Source: a virus (lineage: Duplodnaviria > Caudoviricetes). From it: a stretch of 64,000 nucleotides of DNA. The notes under the pieces are model-generated. The model saw nothing but the letters and a program-made list of their open reading frames with translations, was not told the DNA's origin and did no database searches. A program made the translations under genes and the position numbers. The stretch lies in IMG/VR virus record IMGVR_UViG_2595698595_000001, positions 32,001-96,000 of that record. One strand, written 5' to 3'. Every line of letters starts with the position of its first letter. The stretch's first letter is position 1. Positions 1-7,848 of the stretch are shown here, piece after piece.

Positions 1-490
1 TGAAAAGGATAATCTTACTGTTATGGACGAAAACGATAAGATTAGATATTTCGAAAAACCTGAAGCGTTGATCGAATACTTTACTAAGTTCAGACTTGGT
101 AAATATAACGATCGTAAAGATGCTATGACTAAGAAAATCAATGAAAGAATCGAAAGAATCAATATGCTTCTTAAATTCATTCAGTTAGTTATAGATTCGA
201 AAATCGTTCTTTCAAATCGTTCAATCAAAGACGTTAAAGCTGATTTGGATAAACATAAGATTTTACATGATGTATTGTCAATGCCAATATCCAGAATTAC
301 TAAGGAGGAATTCGAAAAACTTAAGAAAGAATCTAAAGAATTGGATGCTGAACTTAAACGTTTATTGAATACTTCAATCGAAGAAATGTATCTTAACGAT
401 TTAGACGAATTGGAAAAATCGATTCAAGAGGATTTCTTAGACCAAGACGAATTACCGTTAGAAATTGAAGAAGTTGAAGAGTCTGAATAA
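1..490 (+). CDS. Type II DNA topoisomerase subunit (T4 gp52-like), C-terminal part, truncated by window start
   Basis: Frame is open from base 2 (EKDNLTVMDENDKIRYF..LIEYFTKFRL..Y..RK); LLSMPI-like 'VLSMPISRITKEE' and 'EEMYLNDLDEL' end typical of gp52/Top2 A-type subunits. Confidence 0.8.
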   Translation, partial: EKDNLTVMDENDKIRYFEKPEALIEYFTKFRLGKYNDRKDAMTKKINERIERINMLLKFIQLVIDSKIVLSNRSIKDVKADLDKHKILHDVLSMPISRITKEEFEKLKKESKELDAELKRLLNTSIEEMYLNDLDELEKSIQEDFLDQDELPLEIEEVEESE

Positions 491-499
491 GACTCTTCA
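475..499 (+). terminator. Hairpin at end of topoisomerase gene
   Basis: tgaagagtc-tgaataa-gactcttca, 9-bp stem followed by T-rich tract. Confidence 0.6.
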
Positions 500-505
500 T
501 TAATT

Positions 506-697
506 TTGTCACATATGAAAATTAAGAAAAAGTACATAGGATGGATAGGATTCATCCGTTTCGAGAAAGTTGAGATTTCCTGGAATTTCAGGAATATCGC
601 TTTACCATTGTCCTTCGATTTTACAGGACCGTTAGCGTTTGTTCAAATACTATTCATAACGTTCATTTTCCCAATGAGCAAAGACTATCATCTGTAA
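506..697 (+). CDS. Small hydrophobic hypothetical protein
   Basis: ORF, stop overlaps next start (TAATG); probable start ATG 515. Confidence 0.55.
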   Translation: MSHMKIKKKYIGWIGFIRFEKVEISWNFRNIALPLSFDFTGPLAFVQILFITFIFPMSKDYHL

Positions 698-1098
698 TGG
701 AATTCAATATAAAGAAATTAAGTGATTTCGTTTTTGTTATTGACTGTACTGTCAGATTCAAGCCTTTTAATAAACTAACGATATTCAAAAGAACATTCAG
801 AATGTATAAAGAATGTTCACAATACGTTTCTACAGCATTAGACGAAGGTCATTACGAGAAAGTTCCAAACAAATTAGTTACTTTCGAAAGTTTAGAAGAG
901 GCTGGAAATTTCATAACTTTACTTAAAGAAGATATCGTTACCAAGAAACGTATGGATGAATACGACGATTTAAGTAAAAATGCTGTGTCATATAATAGAC
1001 ATATATCAGCTTTCCAGAATTTCACTATTCATGTAAAGAATTTGAATTTCGAGGAAGATAAGTTCGTTAGTAAATCAAGTAGAATCAAAATAAACTAA
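697..1098 (+). CDS. Hypothetical protein, paralogue 1 of local triplet
   Basis: Coupled ORF; shares TIFK and F.s.e.A..[FY] motifs with the next two ORFs. Confidence 0.7.
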   Translation: MEFNIKKLSDFVFVIDCTVRFKPFNKLTIFKRTFRMYKECSQYVSTALDEGHYEKVPNKLVTFESLEEAGNFITLLKEDIVTKKRMDEYDDLSKNAVSYNRHISAFQNFTIHVKNLNFEEDKFVSKSSRIKIN

Positions 1099-1099
1099 T

Positions 1100-1345
1100 A
1101 TGTCGTTAGCAAAAGTAGTTTCGTACAAACCAAAAAGATATAAACTAAATGACAGTTTCAATATCGTTAGAACTGTAAGGATCATGATATTTCATAGATT
1201 TACGATTTTCAAAATTTCTAAGATTATGTCTGAAGAAGTTGAATCTAATGTGTTCGTTAATGGTACTGACAAAGTCAAAAGAGAATTAGTTTTCAATGAT
1301 TATGAATCAGCTAAAAGATATTCTGAGAAATTAGCAAAAATCTAG
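1100..1345 (+). CDS. Hypothetical protein, paralogue 2
   Basis: Tightly packed ORF; FTIFK...LVFNDYESAKRY. Confidence 0.7.
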   Translation: MSLAKVVSYKPKRYKLNDSFNIVRTVRIMIFHRFTIFKISKIMSEEVESNVFVNGTDKVKRELVFNDYESAKRYSEKLAKI

Positions 1346-1350
1346 ATCAA

Positions 1351-1680
1351 ATGATTAAGAAACAAATAACTTACGAAATTAAACAACATGGTAAGAACTT
1401 CTATAAAGTTAGATGTATCAAGTCTTTCAAGTTCTTTGGTAGTATTTTTCTTAAACTAAAGAATTATCTTTATACTGACGTAGATAGAAACGATCCCGAA
1501 TTTACTATTATCGATCGTAAGATTATCTTGTTCAATACTTATGTAGATGCTGAAAGATACATTTCTAAACTTCGTATAAAAACTGAAACTTCCGAATTCG
1601 AAAAAGAGAAATCTAAACTTGAAAGAGATTACGTTGTTTACGAACCAGCAACTGAAACTTTTCGAAGTCCTAAAGTATAA
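1351..1680 (+). CDS. Hypothetical protein, paralogue 3
   Basis: Tightly packed ORF; SIFLK...ILFNTYVDAERY. Confidence 0.7.
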   Translation: MIKKQITYEIKQHGKNFYKVRCIKSFKFFGSIFLKLKNYLYTDVDRNDPEFTIIDRKIILFNTYVDAERYISKLRIKTETSEFEKEKSKLERDYVVYEPATETFRSPKV

Positions 1681-1681
1681 T
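1650..1681 (+). promoter_or_regulatory. AAC-N14 class promoter inside 3' end of ORF
   Basis: aactgaaac-N14-aagtataat, same spacing as the other copies; 19 nt before ATG 1701. Confidence 0.65.
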
Positions 1682-1700
1682 ATATTCAAATTTATCAACT

Positions 1701-1883
1701 ATGATTACAGTAAAAACTGAATTAGAATCCTATCCATTACATGCTGGATATACGTCAATTAAGGATGAAGCTCAATCAATTCTTAACAAGCGTATTCAAA
1801 AGAAAGCTTTGAAAGAAGCTAAAATCAAGAAAATTCGATCTGAAAGAAAACGTAAACGAATCCATTCTAAACGTAATCGATAA
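1701..1883 (+). CDS. Small Lys/Arg-rich protein
   Basis: 60-aa ORF after promoter, ends RKRIHSKRNR. Confidence 0.7.
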   Translation: MITVKTELESYPLHAGYTSIKDEAQSILNKRIQKKALKEAKIKKIRSERKRKRIHSKRNR

Positions 1884-2023
1884 TGGTAGCAAATCCATTC
1901 CTATCTGACATGATTCCTAAAGACTTTAAGAAAGCTCAACAGGAATTAAAAGCCAAAAAGAAAGCTGTAAAAGCTCGTAAGCTTAGAAAGAAACGTAATA
2001 ATCATAAGAAACGTAATCGATAA
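1883..2023 (+). CDS. Small Lys/Arg-rich protein (46 aa, missing from ORF track)
   Basis: MVANPFLSDMIPKDFKKAQQELKAKKKAVKARKLRKKRNNHKKRNR; TAATG coupling at both ends. Confidence 0.7.
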   Translation: MVANPFLSDMIPKDFKKAQQELKAKKKAVKARKLRKKRNNHKKRNR

Positions 2024-2457
2024 TGAAAATAGATTTAGAAACATTCAAAGAACGTTTAAAGAAATCATTAGATCGTTATGACCGTCACATATCTTTAGAT
2101 TCTATAAAACTTAGATGTGAACGTGAGATTCTCATCGATAGATTATTCAATAAGCTTCTATTCAGTGAAGATAAAGAAGCTTACAGATATTTCAAAATCG
2201 TATCTAACGGTAAAGCACTTTATGGATATGTAATGAAATCAGCCCTTGGACATGATGGTATAATAAGATACAATTCTGGTGTCCGATACTATCTAGGACA
2301 CGATAACTATAAATTGAAGGTTACGTATCTTGATCCAGTTGAACAGACTATAAAATATGAAACGTTTTCATTAGATTCTATAACTAGTATCGAAGTTTGT
2401 AAGAAACATGATTTCGATACATTAGTTGGAATGTTTTCAACTTTCGGATATGAATAA
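2023..2457 (+). CDS. Hypothetical protein
   Basis: Coupled 144-aa ORF. Confidence 0.65.
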   Translation: MKIDLETFKERLKKSLDRYDRHISLDSIKLRCEREILIDRLFNKLLFSEDKEAYRYFKIVSNGKALYGYVMKSALGHDGIIRYNSGVRYYLGHDNYKLKVTYLDPVEQTIKYETFSLDSITSIEVCKKHDFDTLVGMFSTFGYE

Positions 2458-2815
2458 ATCAAGATATACTAACGAAATCGAATATATCTTATGTGCTGCT
2501 ATTTGGTACAAAGATGAAACGAAAGTCAAATTGAACGATAAAGAACAATTACGTTTAAGAGGTTTCCAACCTTACAATATCGATAAGGGATTTGTCGTTA
2601 CTGGTTGGAGACATGGAAACGTAATATCAATATTTAACGCTTTGACAGGATTACGTTCGGTTACATTTGGTAAGGATTCATGTGGTGAACATACTCAAGG
2701 ATTTCTAACTTCATGTAATAGATTCGTGGATCGTAAAGAAGGTGGTGAAATTGCATTTGCTGCTAATCAAACTAAAGAATTAAAAACATATTTATTTTCA
2801 GAAGATTTATACTGA
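2450..2815 (+). CDS. Conserved phage hypothetical protein
   Basis: ILCAAI...GWRH...QGFLTS.NRFVDR.E...LFSEDLY pattern recognised from a widespread phage family; start moved to ATG 2450. Confidence 0.75.
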   Translation: MNKSRYTNEIEYILCAAIWYKDETKVKLNDKEQLRLRGFQPYNIDKGFVVTGWRHGNVISIFNALTGLRSVTFGKDSCGEHTQGFLTSCNRFVDRKEGGEIAFAANQTKELKTYLFSEDLY

Positions 2816-2816
2816 T

Positions 2817-3041
2817 ATGAAATACTTCAAGGACTGGAACAAGGAAACTAAAGAATTCGAAAAGTTTGAGAAAGAATTTGATCAGTCATTAGTCAGAAAA
2901 GAAAAAGAAGTTAAGACTAAAACAGATGATTCCATTTCTTCAGACGATTACGAAATGAATACATTTAGTAGAAACGAAAGAATCGAGGAAGATTCATTCG
3001 ATGGGATGTTTTCAGGTAAATATTCAAAAGACAATTGCTAA
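2817..3041 (+). CDS. Hypothetical protein
   Basis: Tightly packed 74-aa ORF. Confidence 0.6.
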   Translation: MKYFKDWNKETKEFEKFEKEFDQSLVRKEKEVKTKTDDSISSDDYEMNTFSRNERIEEDSFDGMFSGKYSKDNC

Positions 3042-3042
3042 T

Positions 3043-3396
3043 ATGGATAAACTTATAACTTTCGAAAGAGATACTGACAATCGTTGGTATGCTGTTTTAC
3101 CTGAATGGGAAGGTGAACGTGAAGAACTTGAAATGGTTCAAGGTGCTGACATAATGCTTGATATTTTGTCAATGAACTTTAATGATAATCATGACAGAAT
3201 TCAATTAGTTCTATCTACTGAATTACCTACTGGTAAATATGACAGATTCTTAACACTTAATTCTATACCTGATAACTCTTCATGTGGTATGAATTACATG
3301 TGTATTGGTGTCGAACTTAAATTTCCAGTTTGGTTATGTGATGTAACTACTTTCGTATTTGGAAAATTCCCTGAAACTATTTACGTGCTATACTAA
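3043..3396 (+). CDS. DUF6717-like protein
   Basis: WYAVLPEWEG..LEMVQGAD.MLD...WLCDVT.FVFG.FP..IY; start ATG 3043. Confidence 0.65.
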   Translation: MDKLITFERDTDNRWYAVLPEWEGEREELEMVQGADIMLDILSMNFNDNHDRIQLVLSTELPTGKYDRFLTLNSIPDNSSCGMNYMCIGVELKFPVWLCDVTTFVFGKFPETIYVLY

Positions 3397-3758
3397 TGAC
3401 TAGAAAAGAAATGATACAGTTCGCTGTAGAAGCAATGAAAAACAGACTAGCTGAATCTATCGTTTCAGTTAGTGAAAGATATCCAGAAGGTTTATTTCGT
3501 TTCAAATATAAAGGCTGGGTAGTTAATGATATATTCGATATACTAAGAATCGAATGGTTAGACAAATCATCTAAGCTTAAACTAGATAACGATGATTTGA
3601 CTTTACTGATTACGAAGCATCCTGATTTCTATGATGATACATTTGTTTCTTTAGGGCATGAACCTGACTCTATCGAATCTCAAAAATACATAGCTTATGA
3701 AAGATTAAGAGGTTGGACGAGAGGATACGAAAAACTTCTTGAAAATTTCGAATATTAA
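3396..3758 (+). CDS. Hypothetical protein
   Basis: Coupled 120-aa ORF. Confidence 0.65.
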   Translation: MTRKEMIQFAVEAMKNRLAESIVSVSERYPEGLFRFKYKGWVVNDIFDILRIEWLDKSSKLKLDNDDLTLLITKHPDFYDDTFVSLGHEPDSIESQKYIAYERLRGWTRGYEKLLENFEY

Positions 3759-3764
3759 AAGTAA

Positions 3765-3810
3765 ACGAAACCCTCGGAAACTGAAACTTTCGAGGGTTTC
3801 GTAGTATAAT
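3765..3810 (+). promoter_or_regulatory. Hairpin-promoter repeat, copy 1
   Basis: acgaaaccctcggaa-actgaaac-tttcgagggtttcgt then agtataat; near-identical copies at 58572 and 59477. Confidence 0.85.
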
Positions 3811-3838
3811 TATTACATTATACAAAATACTTTCAATT

Positions 3839-4066
3839 ATGGTACAATTTTCACAAGATGAGTTATTACTCCTATCATCATTAGGATTCGTATTAAAGGA
3901 TGGATTCTATACATTAGAAATGGAATTCGATTACGTTTCGATTCTTAAATATGCTGAAAACGAATTTAAACTAGAATGGTATGATTACGATTCTTATGGG
4001 CTCCAACATAAAGAATATTCGAAGAAAGATGAACAACTTTCAGAATTCGTATCAAGAACTATCTAA
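3839..4066 (+). CDS. Small acidic hypothetical protein
   Basis: First ORF after promoter, leader tactttcaattATG. Confidence 0.7.
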   Translation: MVQFSQDELLLLSSLGFVLKDGFYTLEMEFDYVSILKYAENEFKLEWYDYDSYGLQHKEYSKKDEQLSEFVSRTI

Positions 4067-4077
4067 TCAAAAACGTC

Positions 4078-4410
4078 ATGCAAGACCCAATAAAAGAAAC
4101 AGTCAAAAAGATTTTCGATATCGTTATTAAAGCTTTAGATAATCTACAAGAATCTGAAGTTAACGATACTTTCATTTTGAAACATGGAAACTTCATCGTT
4201 AATGATGTAGCTGATATCGTTAATATCGAATCTACGTTAGGTAACATTTCTTCAGAAGAATTCGATCTATTCGAAATCATTTACGAACAATTAAATAGTG
4301 ATACATTCTTTAGAAACGATACAGACTCAAACAATGTACGTAGACTAATTTCCGGATTACGAAGAGCTGAATACAAACGTTCATATAACATATTTCTTAA
4401 AGACATTTAA
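4078..4410 (+). CDS. Hypothetical protein
   Basis: 110-aa ORF in packed operon. Confidence 0.65.
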   Translation: MQDPIKETVKKIFDIVIKALDNLQESEVNDTFILKHGNFIVNDVADIVNIESTLGNISSEEFDLFEIIYEQLNSDTFFRNDTDSNNVRRLISGLRRAEYKRSYNIFLKDI

Positions 4411-4419
4411 TCAAACATT

Positions 4420-5094
4420 ATGACAAGCACTGTTGAACCTGTTATGTTCTATGAACATAAGGACGAACTAATCAAAACTTACGAAACTATAGCTACGATT
4501 TTAATCAGTGAAGATGTAAGTGTTTTAAGAATCGAAAAGAGTCAAGAAGGAACTAGGGTTCTATTTTTCAATAAAAAAGTAGAAAATGTTCTAGACCTTC
4601 TTAGCGTTCTTAAATTCAATAGAGTTCTAGATAACAAGAGTAACATGGAAATGGAGAAATTCATGGATTTAGTATTCTTTCTGAAATCTTTAGAATTCAA
4701 AACTTCTTTGAATTGTACTGAAGCGTTAATCAAGAAACGTCTTGAAGAAATTTCAAGATATTTGAATTCGGTAGTATTCGATTTAACGAAATTACCAGAA
4801 CCTCCATTAACTTTAGAAACTATTAAAACTGGTGATACGTTCTACTATCTAAACGATAATCTTAATATCGTAAGATATGAATTTCGTGAAGAATATCCTA
4901 TGAAGTCTAAGTCTATGCAACGAAAATACTTCATAGTTATCGACAGATGTAACGAAAGACCTATTAGAGTTCATTTCAAAGTTTTGGAAAAGATGTTAGA
5001 AGCTAATATCAGAACTTTGAAAGAAGCTAAGATCGTTAAGTTGGAAAAATACAAAGAATTCGTTAAAACGTTAGAAGAAAATATCAATGAATAG
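4420..5094 (+). CDS. Hypothetical protein
   Basis: 224-aa ORF in packed operon. Confidence 0.7.
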   Translation: MTSTVEPVMFYEHKDELIKTYETIATILISEDVSVLRIEKSQEGTRVLFFNKKVENVLDLLSVLKFNRVLDNKSNMEMEKFMDLVFFLKSLEFKTSLNCTEALIKKRLEEISRYLNSVVFDLTKLPEPPLTLETIKTGDTFYYLNDNLNIVRYEFREEYPMKSKSMQRKYFIVIDRCNERPIRVHFKVLEKMLEANIRTLKEAKIVKLEKYKEFVKTLEENINE

Positions 5095-5674
5095 TAAGAC
5101 AATATTAGTTGCTGGAAACATTGGAAATATGTCATGTTCTTCAGCATTGAATAAAATTCAATCGGGTGAAAAGGTATCAGTTTCATCAGACAAAGGTACT
5201 TTAGGTAACGAATGTAATCGTTCAGTTTGTGAAAACAAACCAGCTTTGTATTTCAATAAATCTACTAAGAAGCATTACTGTAAGCAATGTTCTAGTATGA
5301 TTAACGATGCTACTCGTGGTGATGCATATCGTTTGTATGGTTCTGAATTATGTCAGTTAGACGAATCTCTTACTGAAGAAGAGATCAGAATGTATGAGAA
5401 GCTTTTGGACATTGCAATTCCTCAAATACCTGAATCAGACTTAATGGATGATGCAGCTTTAGATTACAAAGATACTTACATGAAATTCAAAGAAAGTGAT
5501 ATCTTCAGTAAAGGAAGCATGGAAGATTATCTTTACGGTAAACTTACACGTAAGGAAATGGAATATGTTGGTAAAGCTATTCCAGTAACCAGTTCGATTA
5601 CTATAGGTAGAAATGACCCATGTCCATGTAAATCTGGAAAGAAATTCAAACAGTGTTGTATTAATAAACGATAA
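5087..5674 (+). CDS. SEC-C motif protein with additional N-terminal Cys cluster
   Basis: C-terminal IGRNDPCPCKSGKKFKQCC; N-terminal CNRSVC...HYCKQC. Confidence 0.85.
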   Translation: MNSKTILVAGNIGNMSCSSALNKIQSGEKVSVSSDKGTLGNECNRSVCENKPALYFNKSTKKHYCKQCSSMINDATRGDAYRLYGSELCQLDESLTEEEIRMYEKLLDIAIPQIPESDLMDDAALDYKDTYMKFKESDIFSKGSMEDYLYGKLTRKEMEYVGKAIPVTSSITIGRNDPCPCKSGKKFKQCCINKR

Positions 5675-5678
5675 CGAA

Positions 5679-6287
5679 ATGATAGAAAACATAGGAACGT
5701 TATATGTAATAACGAATAAACATGATGGTGGAAAATTCAAATCGATGTTTAACTTAATAGCATGTAATAAAGAAGTACCTTCTAAACATTCTATAGGGAC
5801 AGAAGATGAAATTAGTTTATTCTGGTTCGAAAAATTGATTACGAAAATAAACATAATCGACGATCAGAAAGATAAAGCTGTAGACAGTGCTAAACGTAAG
5901 ATTCGTGAAGTTTACAGGATTTTCAAAGAAATGGATTTCGATTTAGAAATGTATCTTAACTATAACGATTGTAAGTTAATAATCGAACCGGTTGACAAAG
6001 ACGTTTTCGCTATTACTGAACTAACTGAATCATTAGTTTCAGAAATTAGAACTATCGATAATCTTCAGGAAGTCGCTGAAGTCTTAGAAAAATCCATTAA
6101 GAATGGATGCAAATATGTTTCATTGAATGGTACATTCTTTACTAGTGATGAGAATTTAGCTTCTTATGTAACCTATTACGAATTTCCAGAAGAATATGAC
6201 AAGTCTTCGCTTTTGGAAGAAAGCAAGTTTCTTTCTAAAGTTCAAGCTTATAACATTTATACAGTAACTATAACAATACAACCATAA
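5679..6287 (+). CDS. Hypothetical protein
   Basis: ORF 5613-6287; non-overlapping ATG at 5679 preferred. Confidence 0.65.
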   Translation: MIENIGTLYVITNKHDGGKFKSMFNLIACNKEVPSKHSIGTEDEISLFWFEKLITKINIIDDQKDKAVDSAKRKIREVYRIFKEMDFDLEMYLNYNDCKLIIEPVDKDVFAITELTESLVSEIRTIDNLQEVAEVLEKSIKNGCKYVSLNGTFFTSDENLASYVTYYEFPEEYDKSSLLEESKFLSKVQAYNIYTVTITIQP

Positions 6288-6289
6288 TT

Positions 6290-6517
6290 ATGAGTAAAAT
6301 GTCATCCCTTGCTGGATTAGCAATGTTATCAGCTTTAGGAGCTATGGAAAAATATGGAAAGGAATATTACGGAGAACCTGAAAGGGAATCTAAAGAACCA
6401 AAGGAAATAGTCAAACCTATTCCTAATGGTTGTAAAGAATACGTAATCGAAGGTAAAACTATCATAGCTATTTCTGAGAAATCTGCTATGAAAAAATTCA
6501 AAAGAAAATATGGGTAG
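6290..6517 (+). CDS. Small hypothetical protein
   Basis: 75-aa ORF, IPNGCKEY...AISEKSAMKKF. Confidence 0.7.
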   Translation: MSKMSSLAGLAMLSALGAMEKYGKEYYGEPERESKEPKEIVKPIPNGCKEYVIEGKTIIAISEKSAMKKFKRKYG

Positions 6518-6935
6518 TTATTACGGACAGGAATATAATGTGTCACCTGAAGGTTTGTTACCTAGAATGTTAGATGCTAAGTATTTTCAGATTTCTGACA
6601 ATCTTCATATCTTTGCTACACCGAATCTAGCAAAACCTTCGTTATATCGTAAAGGTTCAATTTGTCCAACAACATGGGTTAACATAGGACCAGAACTTGA
6701 TGTTGGTTATAGATATACTGATAAACGTTTTACAGTAACATACTATCGTGGTTCTTTAGATAAGATAGATTTTCATTTCGGTTCTAATCTTTCTAAAATC
6801 GTTAAAAGACAAATCAGAGAGTATTTCGAACGTATTCATATTTCGAATCTGTCACAAGTTTCTTATACTTTCGATATCTTTGTTTATTGTGAATCCGAAA
6901 CATTCGAAAAATTTATGAAAGAATTGTCTGAGTAA
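6510..6935 (+). CDS. Hypothetical protein
   Basis: Overlapping-start 141-aa ORF. Confidence 0.65.
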   Translation: MGSYYGQEYNVSPEGLLPRMLDAKYFQISDNLHIFATPNLAKPSLYRKGSICPTTWVNIGPELDVGYRYTDKRFTVTYYRGSLDKIDFHFGSNLSKIVKRQIREYFERIHISNLSQVSYTFDIFVYCESETFEKFMKELSE

Positions 6936-6965
6936 CTGAAACTTTTGACATAATCGTAGTACTAT
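6931..6965 (+). promoter_or_regulatory. Hairpin-less promoter repeat
   Basis: agtaactgaaacttttgacataatcgtagtactat, identical 35-mer at 62799-62833. Confidence 0.85.
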
Positions 6966-6998
6966 ACATTTAATTAATAATCTGTAAACTATACAATC

Positions 6999-7352
6999 AT
7001 GAAACAAGTAGATTTAAACAAGGAAATTCAACTTCAGTATTTAGCTATCGAAAACGGTAGTCTAGTTCTTAAAGATAATTTAGTTATACCGTTAAAACAT
7101 TTGACTTCGTTAACATCACATGCTATAGTAAAGCATACAACTAAAGGTGTGATACAGCGTACTCAAAATCCTTTAGCGAATTCGTTAGTTAGAATAGCTA
7201 CTTTTAGTTTAATGGATGAAGAATTCATATGTAAGTTTAACGAATTCGATAAGATTCCAATGTTACCTACTGAAATCGTATTACTTGATAGAAGTACTAA
7301 AGATTATCCTGTTTCAAAAATGATAGATTTTTTGAAAGAAACTGTAAAATAA
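6999..7352 (+). CDS. Hypothetical protein
   Basis: Single ORF between two promoter repeats. Confidence 0.7.
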   Translation: MKQVDLNKEIQLQYLAIENGSLVLKDNLVIPLKHLTSLTSHAIVKHTTKGVIQRTQNPLANSLVRIATFSLMDEEFICKFNEFDKIPMLPTEIVLLDRSTKDYPVSKMIDFLKETVK

Positions 7353-7371
7353 TTGAAAAATAAAGTAAAAT

Positions 7372-7414
7372 AAAGCCTCAGAAACTGAAACTTCTGAGGC
7401 TTTTGTAGTATAAT
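7372..7414 (+). promoter_or_regulatory. Hairpin-promoter repeat, divergent stem
   Basis: aaagcctcagaa-actgaaac-ttctgaggcttt (perfect 12-bp stem) then tgtagtataat. Confidence 0.85.
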
Positions 7415-7452
7415 ATACTAAATAAAACATAAATAACTTATATCTTTCAATT

Positions 7453-7812
7453 ATGGCAAATCAATCAAATATCGACATCTTAAATTTCGAATTTCCAAAC
7501 GATACAATTCTTCATTCATATGAAGCTTCTCTTCAAATCGATTATAACTCAACTTATAACGATAAAACTAATCAGGTTACTCAAAAGGAAGGTTTTTACA
7601 ATACTTGGAAACCTAAAACTAAGAAACAACTTATCAGTCTTCATGATAATATCTTGAAACAAGTTTCAAGAGAAATGTTGACAGAGGATATTTCAGAGGT
7701 TTACATTACAGTAAGAGCTAATTACACTTACAAAGACAAACCTGGATATCCTGGTTTCAGTACAAGCAAAAACTTAGTTAAGAAATACATCACTTTCAGA
7801 AACGGTCACTAA
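7453..7812 (+). CDS. Hypothetical protein
   Basis: First ORF after promoter, leader ctttcaattATG. Confidence 0.7.
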   Translation: MANQSNIDILNFEFPNDTILHSYEASLQIDYNSTYNDKTNQVTQKEGFYNTWKPKTKKQLISLHDNILKQVSREMLTEDISEVYITVRANYTYKDKPGYPGFSTSKNLVKKYITFRNGH

Positions 7813-7848
7813 AATATTTCCAATAAATAATCTTCAATACTATCAACT

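Noticed and set aside
3765-3810. N4-type ssDNA hairpin promoter or IS/MITE ends
   Set aside because: 8-nt loop, G.T wobbles and hairpin-less copies argue against N4-type; no transposase or target duplications seen
6945-6965. TTGACA as a sigma70 -35 box
   Set aside because: Only about 9 nt from TACTAT and absent from other copies; it falls in the variable N14 spacer
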